From a virus, in IMG/VR virus record IMGVR_UViG_3300045988_139943, positions 1 to 33,987 of that record: a stretch of DNA of 33,987 nucleotides, one strand, 5' to 3'. A model generated the notes under the pieces. That model was not told where the DNA came from, did no database searches, and saw only the letters and a program-made list of their open reading frames with translations. Of this stretch, positions 26,073 to 33,987 are shown in pieces; the first letter of the stretch is position 1, and each line of letters begins with the position of its first letter. Made by a program: the position numbers and the translations under genes.

Positions 26073-26627
26073 TTAAATCTCTGAATTGTAAATTGTTTTA
26101 ATTTGACGCTCTAAATCTCTCTGGATTTTAGCTGTAGCCATTTCTAACTCTAAATCTGTCATTTTTTTTGAGTTAGGGACAGTAATATTCCAGAAAACTT
26201 TATCACCCAGTAATACAGCCTCTTTAGGATAACGTACGATAGTTTTTATCTCGCTGTATTTTCTTCCTGTTTCGTCGATTTTTTCAAAGTCTCTTATGAT
26301 ACTCCCTACAGAGGTTTTACACTCAGTATCTACAACGGTAAAATCTATGCTACGACCTCCGTAAAGATTTACTCTTATTGTGCAACCAGAATATAAACCC
26401 TCTTTTGTTGCCTCAACTTTTTTATAAGCTGGTAACATATCAGCAAAATACTTAGGGACTGGGAGAGTTCTTGTCTCAGCCGTTTTAAGGATTTTTGTAT
26501 ATAATCTGTCCCAGTCTACTGGATATTTTGTCGATAAAGCTAAGTCATAAGCTCTTATCAGAGTTCCAGAGTCGTCGTGTACTCGATAAAAAGTAAATAT
26601 TTTTTCTAAAAATTCTAATCTTTTCAT
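26073..26627 (-). CDS. Hypothetical replication-module protein.
   Basis: 184 aa ORF downstream of the replisome organiser gene. Confidence 0.3.
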   Translation of the reverse strand: MKRLEFLEKIFTFYRVHDDSGTLIRAYDLALSTKYPVDWDRLYTKILKTAETRTLPVPKYFADMLPAYKKVEATKEGLYSGCTIRVNLYGGRSIDFTVVDTECKTSVGSIIRDFEKIDETGRKYSEIKTIVRYPKEAVLLGDKVFWNITVPNSKKMTDLELEMATAKIQRDLERQIKTIYNSEI

Positions 26628-26642
26628 TTTTAATAACCCTTT

Positions 26643-27521
26643 TTAATTTCCGTACTCGTCTACACCTCTCTCGTCAGCGTATGTCTCAAAGTCATTTTTC
26701 TTTTTGTCATACGTCCCAGATAAGACCTTAATATAGTTATCATCAGAGAGTAGCCAGATGTAATTAGGCGTAAAGTTCGGTAAATCAAACTCAATACTTT
26801 TTAATTTTTCTAAAACTATAGGGACAGTCTCTTTAAAATTTTCTATCTCTGTAGCAAGTTCTATGAGCTTATTTCTTTGATTTATCATTAGATAAGGCTT
26901 ACTGTTTAAAATTTTTTGATATTCCCTAGAGAAAAAATCATTTATTGGATTTATATATGGGTCAGGTTTCTTTTTTTCTTCAAAATTTTCTTTTTTTTCA
27001 GAATTTTCTATAAATAAATCTATATCTTTATCTAGTTCTTTATCTATATCTTTATCTACTGCGTTACTTTGCGTTACTGTAACGTTACCTGTAACGTTAC
27101 TTTCTGCGTTACACTCTAGTAATTTTGCCTCGTTCTTTTGATTTTCTCTGAATTTTTTAACTCTTTTTCTGGTTTGTTCTTTTATTAAATCCAGTTTGTC
27201 TACGCTCTGGTGCTTTTCCCAATTTTTTATAAGAATTGCGTTAGAGTCTAAAATTTCAATCATTCCAAACTTTTGGAAAGTTGAAAGAGCCAGCCTGATA
27301 TGGTTCACAGGTCTGTTAAACACGATAGCTAAGGTCTCATCTGTATATGGGATATTTTCTTTAAAATAAACTAATCCTCTATCGTTTAACTTGCCAGCTG
27401 TAATCAATAGTTTTAACCAGATTACTATTAAAGCGTCTCCCTCTGGCATTTGCTCTATGATTTTTATAGCGTCGTCGTCAAAAATATCAGTAGTAATTTT
27501 AATCCATTTAATATCAGCCAT
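26643..27521 (-). CDS. Phage replisome organiser (N-terminal domain family).
   Basis: MADIKWIKITTDIFDDDAIKIIEQMPEGDALIVIWLKLLITAGKLNDRGLVYF matches the replisome organiser N-terminal signature. Confidence 0.65.
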   Translation of the reverse strand: MADIKWIKITTDIFDDDAIKIIEQMPEGDALIVIWLKLLITAGKLNDRGLVYFKENIPYTDETLAIVFNRPVNHIRLALSTFQKFGMIEILDSNAILIKNWEKHQSVDKLDLIKEQTRKRVKKFRENQKNEAKLLECNAESNVTGNVTVTQSNAVDKDIDKELDKDIDLFIENSEKKENFEEKKKPDPYINPINDFFSREYQKILNSKPYLMINQRNKLIELATEIENFKETVPIVLEKLKSIEFDLPNFTPNYIWLLSDDNYIKVLSGTYDKKKNDFETYADERGVDEYGN

Positions 27522-28661
27522 TTACTTACCCTCCTCAATCTGTTTAATGTCAAAAGACAAATACTCAGAGGTTTTAGTTTTACGCTTTTTAGTCTGGATT
27601 ATGTACTTATCCGTCATATATAAAGCGTCCTCTAACGGAAATAGAGCTTTAAGATTTGCTAGTGCTGATTTGTAAGTTTTATCAGCCTCTTTAAATTGCT
27701 CCTGATTTTTCTTAGCGTCGACATAATCATCTACAGCCTCTAATACGCTCTCATTTTCAACGATATTACCAATAGCCGTAGACAGGTCAGTAATACAGAT
27801 ATGCTCGTATTTACAGCCTCTACAAGTTTTTAAATCGTATTTGATACGGTCTGGGTAACAGAATTGAGATTGTAAATCTGCTATATCTTGCTTAATAGAC
27901 TCATTTTCTGGGTCGTCTTTTAGCTTAGACTCTAACTCAGCAATAGCCATTTTTAAGCGTTTGTTTATAAATACAGCATTATTTACGCCTTTAGCTCTTT
28001 TTACTAACTCATTCCAGTAAGGCTCGTTAAATTTGATAGCATTTGAGCCGTCAAAGTCCTTAATAAGTTTAATTTCTCCAGTAGATTTATTCTTAGCGAG
28101 AAAATATCCGTAAGGATAAAAGCCAGAGTCATTTTTTAGGTAACATTGAATTTGAGCGTAATACTTACGAGTCCAGCTGTACTTTTTAAAGTCCTCTACT
28201 GTATTTACAGCGTCAAACACATTAGGAGACATAGACTTAATCTCACATGGGAGATATGCTGGCTCTCCTTTTTGGTTTTCCTCGAGGACAACACAGTCCA
28301 ACTTACCTGTAATATTTGCCTCTGATATGCTTATATGGATTTGCAAGTCTTTTACTTTTATTCCAGCCTTTTGGAGTTCTAAAAGTAACTGGTCCTCTTG
28401 TAAATTTCCCTCGTTAAAGATAAAGAGTAATTTATCCTCTACCTCTTTACCCTTTTCCCAGTCGCATTGTTGATACACTAAGTATCTGCTACAATCATGC
28501 CCAGCCTCTGAGGCCCAGACAGAATTACACGAGATTTTTTTACTGCGTTCTGAGACTATTTTATTACGGATTTTTTCGGCTATATCTGGATAGTCAATCT
28601 CTCTAGCCTTAAACTCCTCAGCTGGTTTAATTATTTCCATTGTCTCCCCCTCCGTTTTCAA
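27522..28661 (-). CDS. Cas4-like / RecB-family PD-(D/E)xK exonuclease with a Cys cluster.
   Basis: LDCVVL...CEIKS (D...ExK). Cys residues at CNSVW...HDCSRY and C-terminal CRGCKYEHIC. Confidence 0.5.
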   Translation of the reverse strand: MKTEGETMEIIKPAEEFKAREIDYPDIAEKIRNKIVSERSKKISCNSVWASEAGHDCSRYLVYQQCDWEKGKEVEDKLLFIFNEGNLQEDQLLLELQKAGIKVKDLQIHISISEANITGKLDCVVLEENQKGEPAYLPCEIKSMSPNVFDAVNTVEDFKKYSWTRKYYAQIQCYLKNDSGFYPYGYFLAKNKSTGEIKLIKDFDGSNAIKFNEPYWNELVKRAKGVNNAVFINKRLKMAIAELESKLKDDPENESIKQDIADLQSQFCYPDRIKYDLKTCRGCKYEHICITDLSTAIGNIVENESVLEAVDDYVDAKKNQEQFKEADKTYKSALANLKALFPLEDALYMTDKYIIQTKKRKTKTSEYLSFDIKQIEEGK

Positions 28662-29559
28662 GAGCTTTGATATGCTCTGCGTAAGCCTTATCTACTTTTT
28701 TGGCTAGATATTCAAGTGGTTTTTCTTTGACTTTGTTTATGTCTGAATATCCCTCAAAAGTAGAGCCGTCTTGTTTTGTAAAGCTGGTATGTTTTCTAAG
28801 AGTCTTTTTCGCTAACTCTAAATCACCGTTACAAATTTCTACGATTTTCTCCCAGACAGCTTTTTTCTTTTCTGCAAGTTCAGAGGAGTCAGGCTCTCCA
28901 GTTCCGTTAAAGTTAAAGCCTCTAACTTTAGACATATCAAAGCCGTAAGCCTCCAGCTCCTCTTTTGCGAACTGTAAACCGAGTTTCTTTTTAATAGCTC
29001 TTTGTAAAAGATTTGCTGTCGCTTTTTCTTGAACTTTTGAAATAGGTAGAGTCTGAGCCGATACTACGACGTTTTTAGTCTTGCCGTTTACTTCTCTCTC
29101 TTCTTTTAGTTGATATTGACTAAACCAGTCGTCAAAAGAGTCAGCCGTACCCTCGTAAATCTCGTAATTTTCTGGACTTGATTTATGCCATACTTTGCCT
29201 GAGATATGAATAATGTAGTGGTTAGTAGCCTCGTCGATAACTTCTTTTTGATAGTTAATGCGTCCTCCTACTTCGTCCTGTCTTACAATAAGTCCAAAGA
29301 GGTTAGCCAATTTTTTACAGCCGTAATGGTCTATGTAAGGTTTCCCACCCTGTAATGTGATGTCTGAATAACTAAGAACACCACAAGCGGCCGCTAACAT
29401 CTTTTTACTTTGTTCTGCTCTTCTTGCGACTTCGGCTGGGTCTGGTAAATCAAAGACACCCACGTCCATAAGCTCGCTTTTTTGTCTAACTGCAGGGGTA
29501 TTTGAGCTGTTACCCTCTGTAGCTACGATATAATCTGTAATTTGTTCGTTGTCTAACAT
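28627..29559 (-). CDS. Hypothetical protein, possible recombination partner of the nuclease.
   Basis: 310 aa. The ATG at 29559 is preceded by AGGAGA. No P-loop. Confidence 0.3.
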   Translation of the reverse strand: MLDNEQITDYIVATEGNSSNTPAVRQKSELMDVGVFDLPDPAEVARRAEQSKKMLAAACGVLSYSDITLQGGKPYIDHYGCKKLANLFGLIVRQDEVGGRINYQKEVIDEATNHYIIHISGKVWHKSSPENYEIYEGTADSFDDWFSQYQLKEEREVNGKTKNVVVSAQTLPISKVQEKATANLLQRAIKKKLGLQFAKEELEAYGFDMSKVRGFNFNGTGEPDSSELAEKKKAVWEKIVEICNGDLELAKKTLRKHTSFTKQDGSTFEGYSDINKVKEKPLEYLAKKVDKAYAEHIKALENGGGDNGNN

Positions 29560-29570
29560 TTTTGAGTCTC

Positions 29571-29944
29571 CTATTTTGTCATTTCCAACAAAGTTTTAAA
29601 CATTTCAGCTGGTGATAATGCCATTGTTTTAAAATTGCTAGTCCCGGATTGGAGCTGTAATAATCCAAGTTTGTCGTTTTGTTGCAATTCCTTATAACAA
29701 AACTCTCTTACTCTTTCGTGCATTAGTTGAGTCAATGCGTTTATGTCAGCTTTCTCCTTATTAGTCCAAAGTCTTTCTTTAGTCTTATAGTCTAGCTTTT
29801 CGATAAACTCTATATTGATTTTATGGAGGATAAATACCCCCCCTCGTTATCTTCTACAGCCTCTGTCTGTAGGCTTTTTGCTCGTTCAGTTACTAAGTCT
29901 GAGTGTAAATATTTTTCTGCCTCTGTCATTTCTGCTGTTGTCAT
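29571..29944 (-). pseudogene. Early ORF interrupted at a G7 (C7 on +) homopolymer. Reads as 44 aa up to the tract and about 90 aa in the -1 frame after it.
   Basis: ATG at 29944, preceded by GGAGA. MTTAEMTEAEKYLHSDLVTERAKSLQTEAVEDNEGG then stop. The -1 frame continues VFILHKINIEFIEKLDYKTKERLWTNKEKADINALTQLMHERVREFCYKELQQNDKLGLLQLQSGTSNFKTMALSPAEMFKTLLEMTK*. An 8-G tract or a -1 slip would fuse the two. Confidence 0.45.
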
Positions 29945-29975
29945 GATTTATTCTCCTTTTCTTTTTTTGTGTGTT

Positions 29976-30221
29976 TTACTTTTTTCTTGATTTTTTGACG
30001 TACCTATCGTAGTAGTGGTCTAACATTTTACGAGTTTTTATTTTTTTCATTTCTTCCTTAACTCGACACCAGACAGGGAGATTTACTCCGTCTGACCTCA
30101 TGTCGTCAGCTGTAAATTTTCTGGTTAATGCCTCTTTTACAGCGTCCCACTTCCTCTGAGCCTCGTACTGTCTTTCTTTTGTAATTTTTGCTTTTAGATT
30201 TTCGATAAAGTTTTTAAACAT
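29976..30221 (-). CDS. Hypothetical basic early protein.
   Basis: 81 aa ORF. Confidence 0.35.
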   Translation of the reverse strand: MFKNFIENLKAKITKERQYEAQRKWDAVKEALTRKFTADDMRSDGVNLPVWCRVKEEMKKIKTRKMLDHYYDRYVKKSRKK

Positions 30222-30606
30222 TTTTCTTTTTCTCCTGTTTAAATCGGTTTTAAGGCTTGTTAAATTTTCCAGATGATAAAATATACCTATAAGGGGTTAA
30301 AAATTCATTCTGGCTTATCCTACCTATCCAGAATTTAATTTTTTGTTTAGTTACTTACATAGATTTTTGAGTCTTTAAACTTTTCTCGTAAATTTGACTC
30401 ATTTTATACAACTGGGCCGAGTAACTAGCCAGACAGTCGAGAAAATCAGCACGAGAGTAAGGCTTATCCTCTATCTCGATTATCAAATTAGGTTTATTTC
30501 TCTCTTTAATCTCCTGTCTCATTCCTCGATTTTTCCTGTTTTTGGGTACACAAACTAAGCCCTGTAGACAGAGTCTAGTAGCTTGTTTAGTTTTTGATGT
30601 AAACGA

Positions 30607-31215
30607 CTAAATAGCGATAGCTTTTTCAAAAGGCCAGTTTAATTTTTTAAGTCTAGCCCATAGTACAGACTTCTTGATTTTGTATATTTCAGCCCATTCA
30701 GCTATACTATGTTTTACGCCTTTAAATTCTATCAGCTCATTACTTCGCCTATTATTACATTGGGTTTTCATATCAACCCACCTGCAATTATTAGGCTCAT
30801 AATTTCCGTTTACGTCTATTCTGTCAATAGATAAAGTGTCATTATAGCCATTTTCCATAGCCCAGCTATAAAAAACTTTAAAATCTTTCAGCCATTCTTT
30901 ACAGATTTTTATACCTCGCCCCCCATAGGATTTATATGCTGGGTTTTTAGGATTTAAACATCTTATTTTCATCTGGCTATAGATTTTATATAATCTGGTT
31001 TTTGATAATCCATGAGTCGTCGCTTTTTGAATTTGTAGACAACCACAAGATTTTACATCTCCAGCAAGTAAATGAGAACATCTAGCGATTTTAGTATTTC
31101 CACATTCACATTCACAAAGCCAGTAATACTGGTTTCCTCTTTTTTCTATTGGTTTTATAGCTGTTAATTTTCCAAATTTTTCACCAGATATATTTTTAGC
31201 TTTAATCATAAGCAC
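30607..31215 (-). CDS. AP2-domain / HNH-type putative DNA-binding (homing-endonuclease-like) protein.
   Basis: THGLSKTRLYKIYSQMKIRCLNPKNPAYKSYGGRGIKICKEW is an AP2-like segment. ...LSIDRIDVNGNYEPNNCRWV resembles HNH_3. The N-terminus has a Cys4 cluster. Confidence 0.55.
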   Translation of the reverse strand: MLMIKAKNISGEKFGKLTAIKPIEKRGNQYYWLCECECGNTKIARCSHLLAGDVKSCGCLQIQKATTHGLSKTRLYKIYSQMKIRCLNPKNPAYKSYGGRGIKICKEWLKDFKVFYSWAMENGYNDTLSIDRIDVNGNYEPNNCRWVDMKTQCNNRRSNELIEFKGVKHSIAEWAEIYKIKKSVLWARLKKLNWPFEKAIAI

Positions 31216-31217
31216 CT

Positions 31218-31406
31218 CTAAAAATTAAACTCTTTCTTAAAAGTGTTAAAATCTTCTCTAGTTACATAAAGTTTGTTACGTATTTTTTCGGCTTTTAGTC
31301 TGCCGTCTTTGATGTACACTCTCAACTGCTTATAACCTATAGGCAATTCAGAGAGCATATCATTAGTAGTTAGTTTAGGCTCTGTAACATTCTTAACATT
31401 TACCAT
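31218..31406 (-). CDS. Excisionase-family HTH (HTH_17) DNA-binding protein. First gene of the leftward early operon. Functionally Cro-like, or possibly a recombination directionality factor.
   Basis: 62 aa. MLSELPIGYKQLRVYIKDGRLKAEKIRNKLYVTREDF fits the excisionase/MerR-type HTH. Confidence 0.55.
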   Translation of the reverse strand: MVNVKNVTEPKLTTNDMLSELPIGYKQLRVYIKDGRLKAEKIRNKLYVTREDFNTFKKEFNF

Positions 31407-31444
31407 GACTTTTTTCTCCTTTCGTGTTATATAGTTATAATAAA

Positions 31445-31499
31445 TTACATACAGTTTAATTCACAGAATTAAACTGCCTTTCTCTGTATGTAAACATAC
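31445..31499. promoter_or_regulatory. Operator-like nested palindromes in the divergent cI / early-operon intergenic region.
   Basis: ttacatacag (31445-54) pairs with ctgtatgtaa (31484-93). The inner perfect palindrome is agtttaattc-aca-gaattaaact (31453-75). GTATGTaaACATAC sits at 31486-99. The ACATAC half-site occurs three times. Confidence 0.45.
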
Positions 31500-31586
31500 T
31501 ACAACGAACTATAAATTATGTCAACAAAAACTATAAAAATATACAACAGATAGGCTACAATAAACTATAATAAAGGGGTTGAAATA

Positions 31587-32516
31587 ATGTATTTTAAAGA
31601 TATTCAGACAACTTTACAAAACTTAAAAGACGATAGAATTACATACAAAAAAATAGCTACTGCTCTAGGCGTAACTATCGGAGCTGTCTCTCAAAGGCTA
31701 AAAAAACCTAACAGCATGCTTAGGCTTGATGAGATTAAAAAACTTGAAAATTATTTTATGGTAAATCTGCAAAACCCAGACGAGGTCTATAACTACAATA
31801 GAGCTTTACAGCGTTCAGCTGATATGATGAAAACAGTCGGAGAGCGTTTACAGGCTGTCCGTAAGTACCTAAACTATAAAGCTGAGGACGTAGCTAACGA
31901 GTTAGGAATAAAGCTAAGAACTTTGGGAGCTTATGAGCGTAACGAGAATTATCCACCAGCTGAATTTTTTACAAAGTTTTTTGATAAATACGGAGTCAAC
32001 CCAGATTACATTTTAGAGGGTTATTTACCTATGTTTAAATCTGAGCTGGAAAATAACAAAACAGAAAACACCATGCCAGAACCTGACGACGACATTATCG
32101 AGATTGAGCGTATTGAGGGTATGCGTCCTGAGTGTGGTAACGGCTCTGAGTGTTTTGTCGAGCCACTTATCGAACCTTTTAGGATTAGCCGTCGCTCTAT
32201 TACGGAGTATTTACGCTGTAGCTCTCCAGATAATTTAAAAACTTTTAGAGCCTCTGGAGACAGTATGGAGGACAAAATATCTGACGGAGACTGGCTACTC
32301 GTGGACTTAGGACGTAGGGACGCCTCTGTAAGTGGAGTTTATATATTCCTAGCCAATGGTTTATGTAGATGTAAACGCTTAAATATCACTCTTGACGGAC
32401 GCTTAGAGGTTAAATCTGACAACCCTAAATATGATATGGAGATTGTAGGCCCTAACGACAACATAGAGATAAACATTATCGGTAGAGTTATCAACAATTT
32501 AAGTAGAGGTTTATAA
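31587..32516 (+). CDS. cI/LexA-like repressor: two XRE-type HTH domains plus a C-terminal S24 peptidase domain.
   Basis: HTH at ITYKKIATALGVTIGAVSQRL and KAEDVANELGIKLRTLGAYE. S24 Ser (ASGDSME) and Lys (CRCKRL). It shares a transcript direction with the recombinase gene, whose ATG overlaps the repressor stop (ATAATG at 32513-32518). Confidence 0.8.
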   Translation: MYFKDIQTTLQNLKDDRITYKKIATALGVTIGAVSQRLKKPNSMLRLDEIKKLENYFMVNLQNPDEVYNYNRALQRSADMMKTVGERLQAVRKYLNYKAEDVANELGIKLRTLGAYERNENYPPAEFFTKFFDKYGVNPDYILEGYLPMFKSELENNKTENTMPEPDDDIIEIERIEGMRPECGNGSECFVEPLIEPFRISRRSITEYLRCSSPDNLKTFRASGDSMEDKISDGDWLLVDLGRRDASVSGVYIFLANGLCRCKRLNITLDGRLEVKSDNPKYDMEIVGPNDNIEINIIGRVINNLSRGL

Positions 32517-33883
32517 TGTCTGATATTGCTGTTATATATGCCAGAGTCTCTAGTAAAGAACAGGAGACAGGGGGTTACTCTCTCCCAGCACAACTCGACT
32601 TTTTAAAAGAGTATGCAAAATCTAAAGGTCTGGAAGTTGTTAAGGTATTTACTGAAAGTATGACAGCTAAAGAGGCTGGACGTATTGAATTTAATAACAT
32701 GCTCAAATTTGCTAAAAAACAGCGTTACGGCTGTCATGTTATTGTTGAAAAAAACGACAGACTTTTAAGAAACGAGGACGACGAGGCTTTAATCATCAAT
32801 CTAACAGTAAGACAGGGTCTCATAGATTTACACTTAGTAAAAGACCATTTAATTTTAAATCGTTATTCTACACCTCATGAAATTTTTATGTTTCACATGA
32901 TGTGTGGTATGTCCTCTATGTACCCTCGTAACCTCTCCGGGGAGATTAAAAAAGGCTTAGATAAAAAAGCCGACTTAGGGGACTACCCAGCAAAAGCACC
33001 TATCGGATATAAAAATGTCCGTTCTTCTAAAAAGAGAAGTACGATAGAGATAGACCCTACTAATGCTGGATATGTAAGTAAAATTTTTGAGTTATACGCT
33101 ACTGGTATGTATTCCTATAAAACTCTGGCTGAGCGTATATCTTTGGACGGATTTTATCCAAAAAACAAGCCATGCTCTCCTAAATTAGTTGAAAAAATTA
33201 TCATAAATCCGTTTTATATGGGAGAGTTTGAATTTAACGGCAAACGCTACCACGAGGCAAACCATACACCGATAATTACAAAAGAGTTATTTTATACTTG
33301 TAAAAAAATCAGGGAGAGACACGACAACCCTAGAAAAATAACGCATGACTTTTTGTATTCAGGTTTAATTACTTGCTCTCATTGTGGCTGTCAGCTAACA
33401 GCTGAAATTAAAAAAGGTAAGTACATCTATTATCATTGTACAGGCAATAAGGGAGGGACTTGTAAAAGAAACAAGTATCTAAAAGAGGAATATATAGACG
33501 AGCATATCAGGACTCTTTTAGAGAAAATCCAACCGTCAAAAGAGGACGCTAAAGCTATTGTCGAAAAATTTAAAGAAATTGTAAACGTTAATTTTGACTA
33601 TGATAAAAAATCAATGGAAGAAATAGGCAAAAAAATAAGCCTGTTAAAAAACAGGCTTAACAAACTTTATATTGACCGATTAGACGGTATGATTACAGAT
33701 GAATTTTATAGAGAAAAAAAGAACGAGTTTCAGGGCGAACTAGATGAGCTTGAATTAAAGCATGACAATTTTTTAGCTGAGACTGATACTTTAGTAGATA
33801 TGGCTACTCAAATAATCGAACTCTGCAAAAACGCTTATAATCACTATTTACGCTCCGATAATGAAAATAAACGCCTACTCCTA
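32516..33883 (+). CDS. Large serine recombinase (integrase), N-terminal 455 codons in frame 0. The frame breaks near 33839-33841 and the C-terminal domain continues in the -1 frame, ending at 1-228.
   Basis: MSDIAVIYARVSSKEQETGGYSLPAQLDFLKEYAKSKGLEVV is the resolvase catalytic domain with the Ser in RVSS. The recombinase domain, CSHCGC...CTGNKGGTC zinc ribbon and coiled coil follow. Frame 0 reaches TAA at 33881. The -1 frame from 33841 reads HYLRSDNENKRLLLKILCSN... Confidence 0.75.
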
Positions 33884-33987
33884 AAAATTCTGTGTTCGAA
33901 CTTTTTATATGACGGCTCAAACCTAGTTATAAAGCTAAAAAGCACCGTTGAGCCAATGCTCTTAGGTGCTAATTTTAATAATGGTGG
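33868..33987. repeat. Second copy of the terminal direct repeat (= 1-120).
   Basis: See feature 1-120. Carries one extra C at 33901. Confidence 0.85.

Noticed and set aside
30356-30520. Roughly 55-aa - strand ORF (MRQEIKERNKPNLIIEIEDKPYSRADFLD...) in the 30222-30606 gap.
   Set aside because: The putative RBS abuts the ATG with no spacer and the ORF is short. It is possibly real but unsupported.

Overview
The window reads as one complete temperate phage genome unit of about 33.87 kb, low GC, in circularly closed form. Positions 1-120 recur at 33868-33987 with a single 1-nt indel. A large serine recombinase gene starts at 32516 on the + strand, runs off the 3' end and finishes at 1-228. Nearly all other genes are on the - strand in the canonical order. 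This starts with a cI-like S24 repressor (+) divergent from an excisionase-family HTH / Cro-like gene. An AP2/HNH protein and small early ORFs follow. The replication and recombination module has a Cas4-like PD-(D/E)xK nuclease, a replisome organiser, orphan N6 and C5 DNA methyltransferases and RusA. Small putative late regulators, HNH, terS, terL, portal, prohead protease and an HK97-fold capsid follow, then the head-tail connectors. A PBSX/Xkd-like contractile tail comes next: sheath, tube, chaperone, tape measure and XkdP-U-like baseplate. The tail fibre follows. XkdW/XkdX-like ORFs and a lysis cassette (GH108 endolysin, holin-like) close the operon. The most notable system is a diversity-generating retroelement (DGR) at 1809-5119. 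It has an RT, a 111-bp template repeat (TR1) and a cognate variable repeat (VR) at the 3' end of the tail-fibre gene. All 7 TR/VR differences fall on TR adenines in AAY codons, and a GC hairpin sits just past the VR. There is no avd gene. A second, divergent, in-frame TR-like cassette (TR2) lies in tandem with TR1 and has no cognate VR in the window. Other points of interest are an A_AAA_AAG -1 frameshift site at the end of the tail chaperone gene, an A9 tract at the 3' end of the major capsid gene that opens an 81-aa HeH-like extension in the -1 frame, a G7 tract splitting an early ORF, a frame break inside the serine recombinase gene, nested operator-like palindromes in the cI/Cro switch, and a candidate cos region between the HNH and terS genes.
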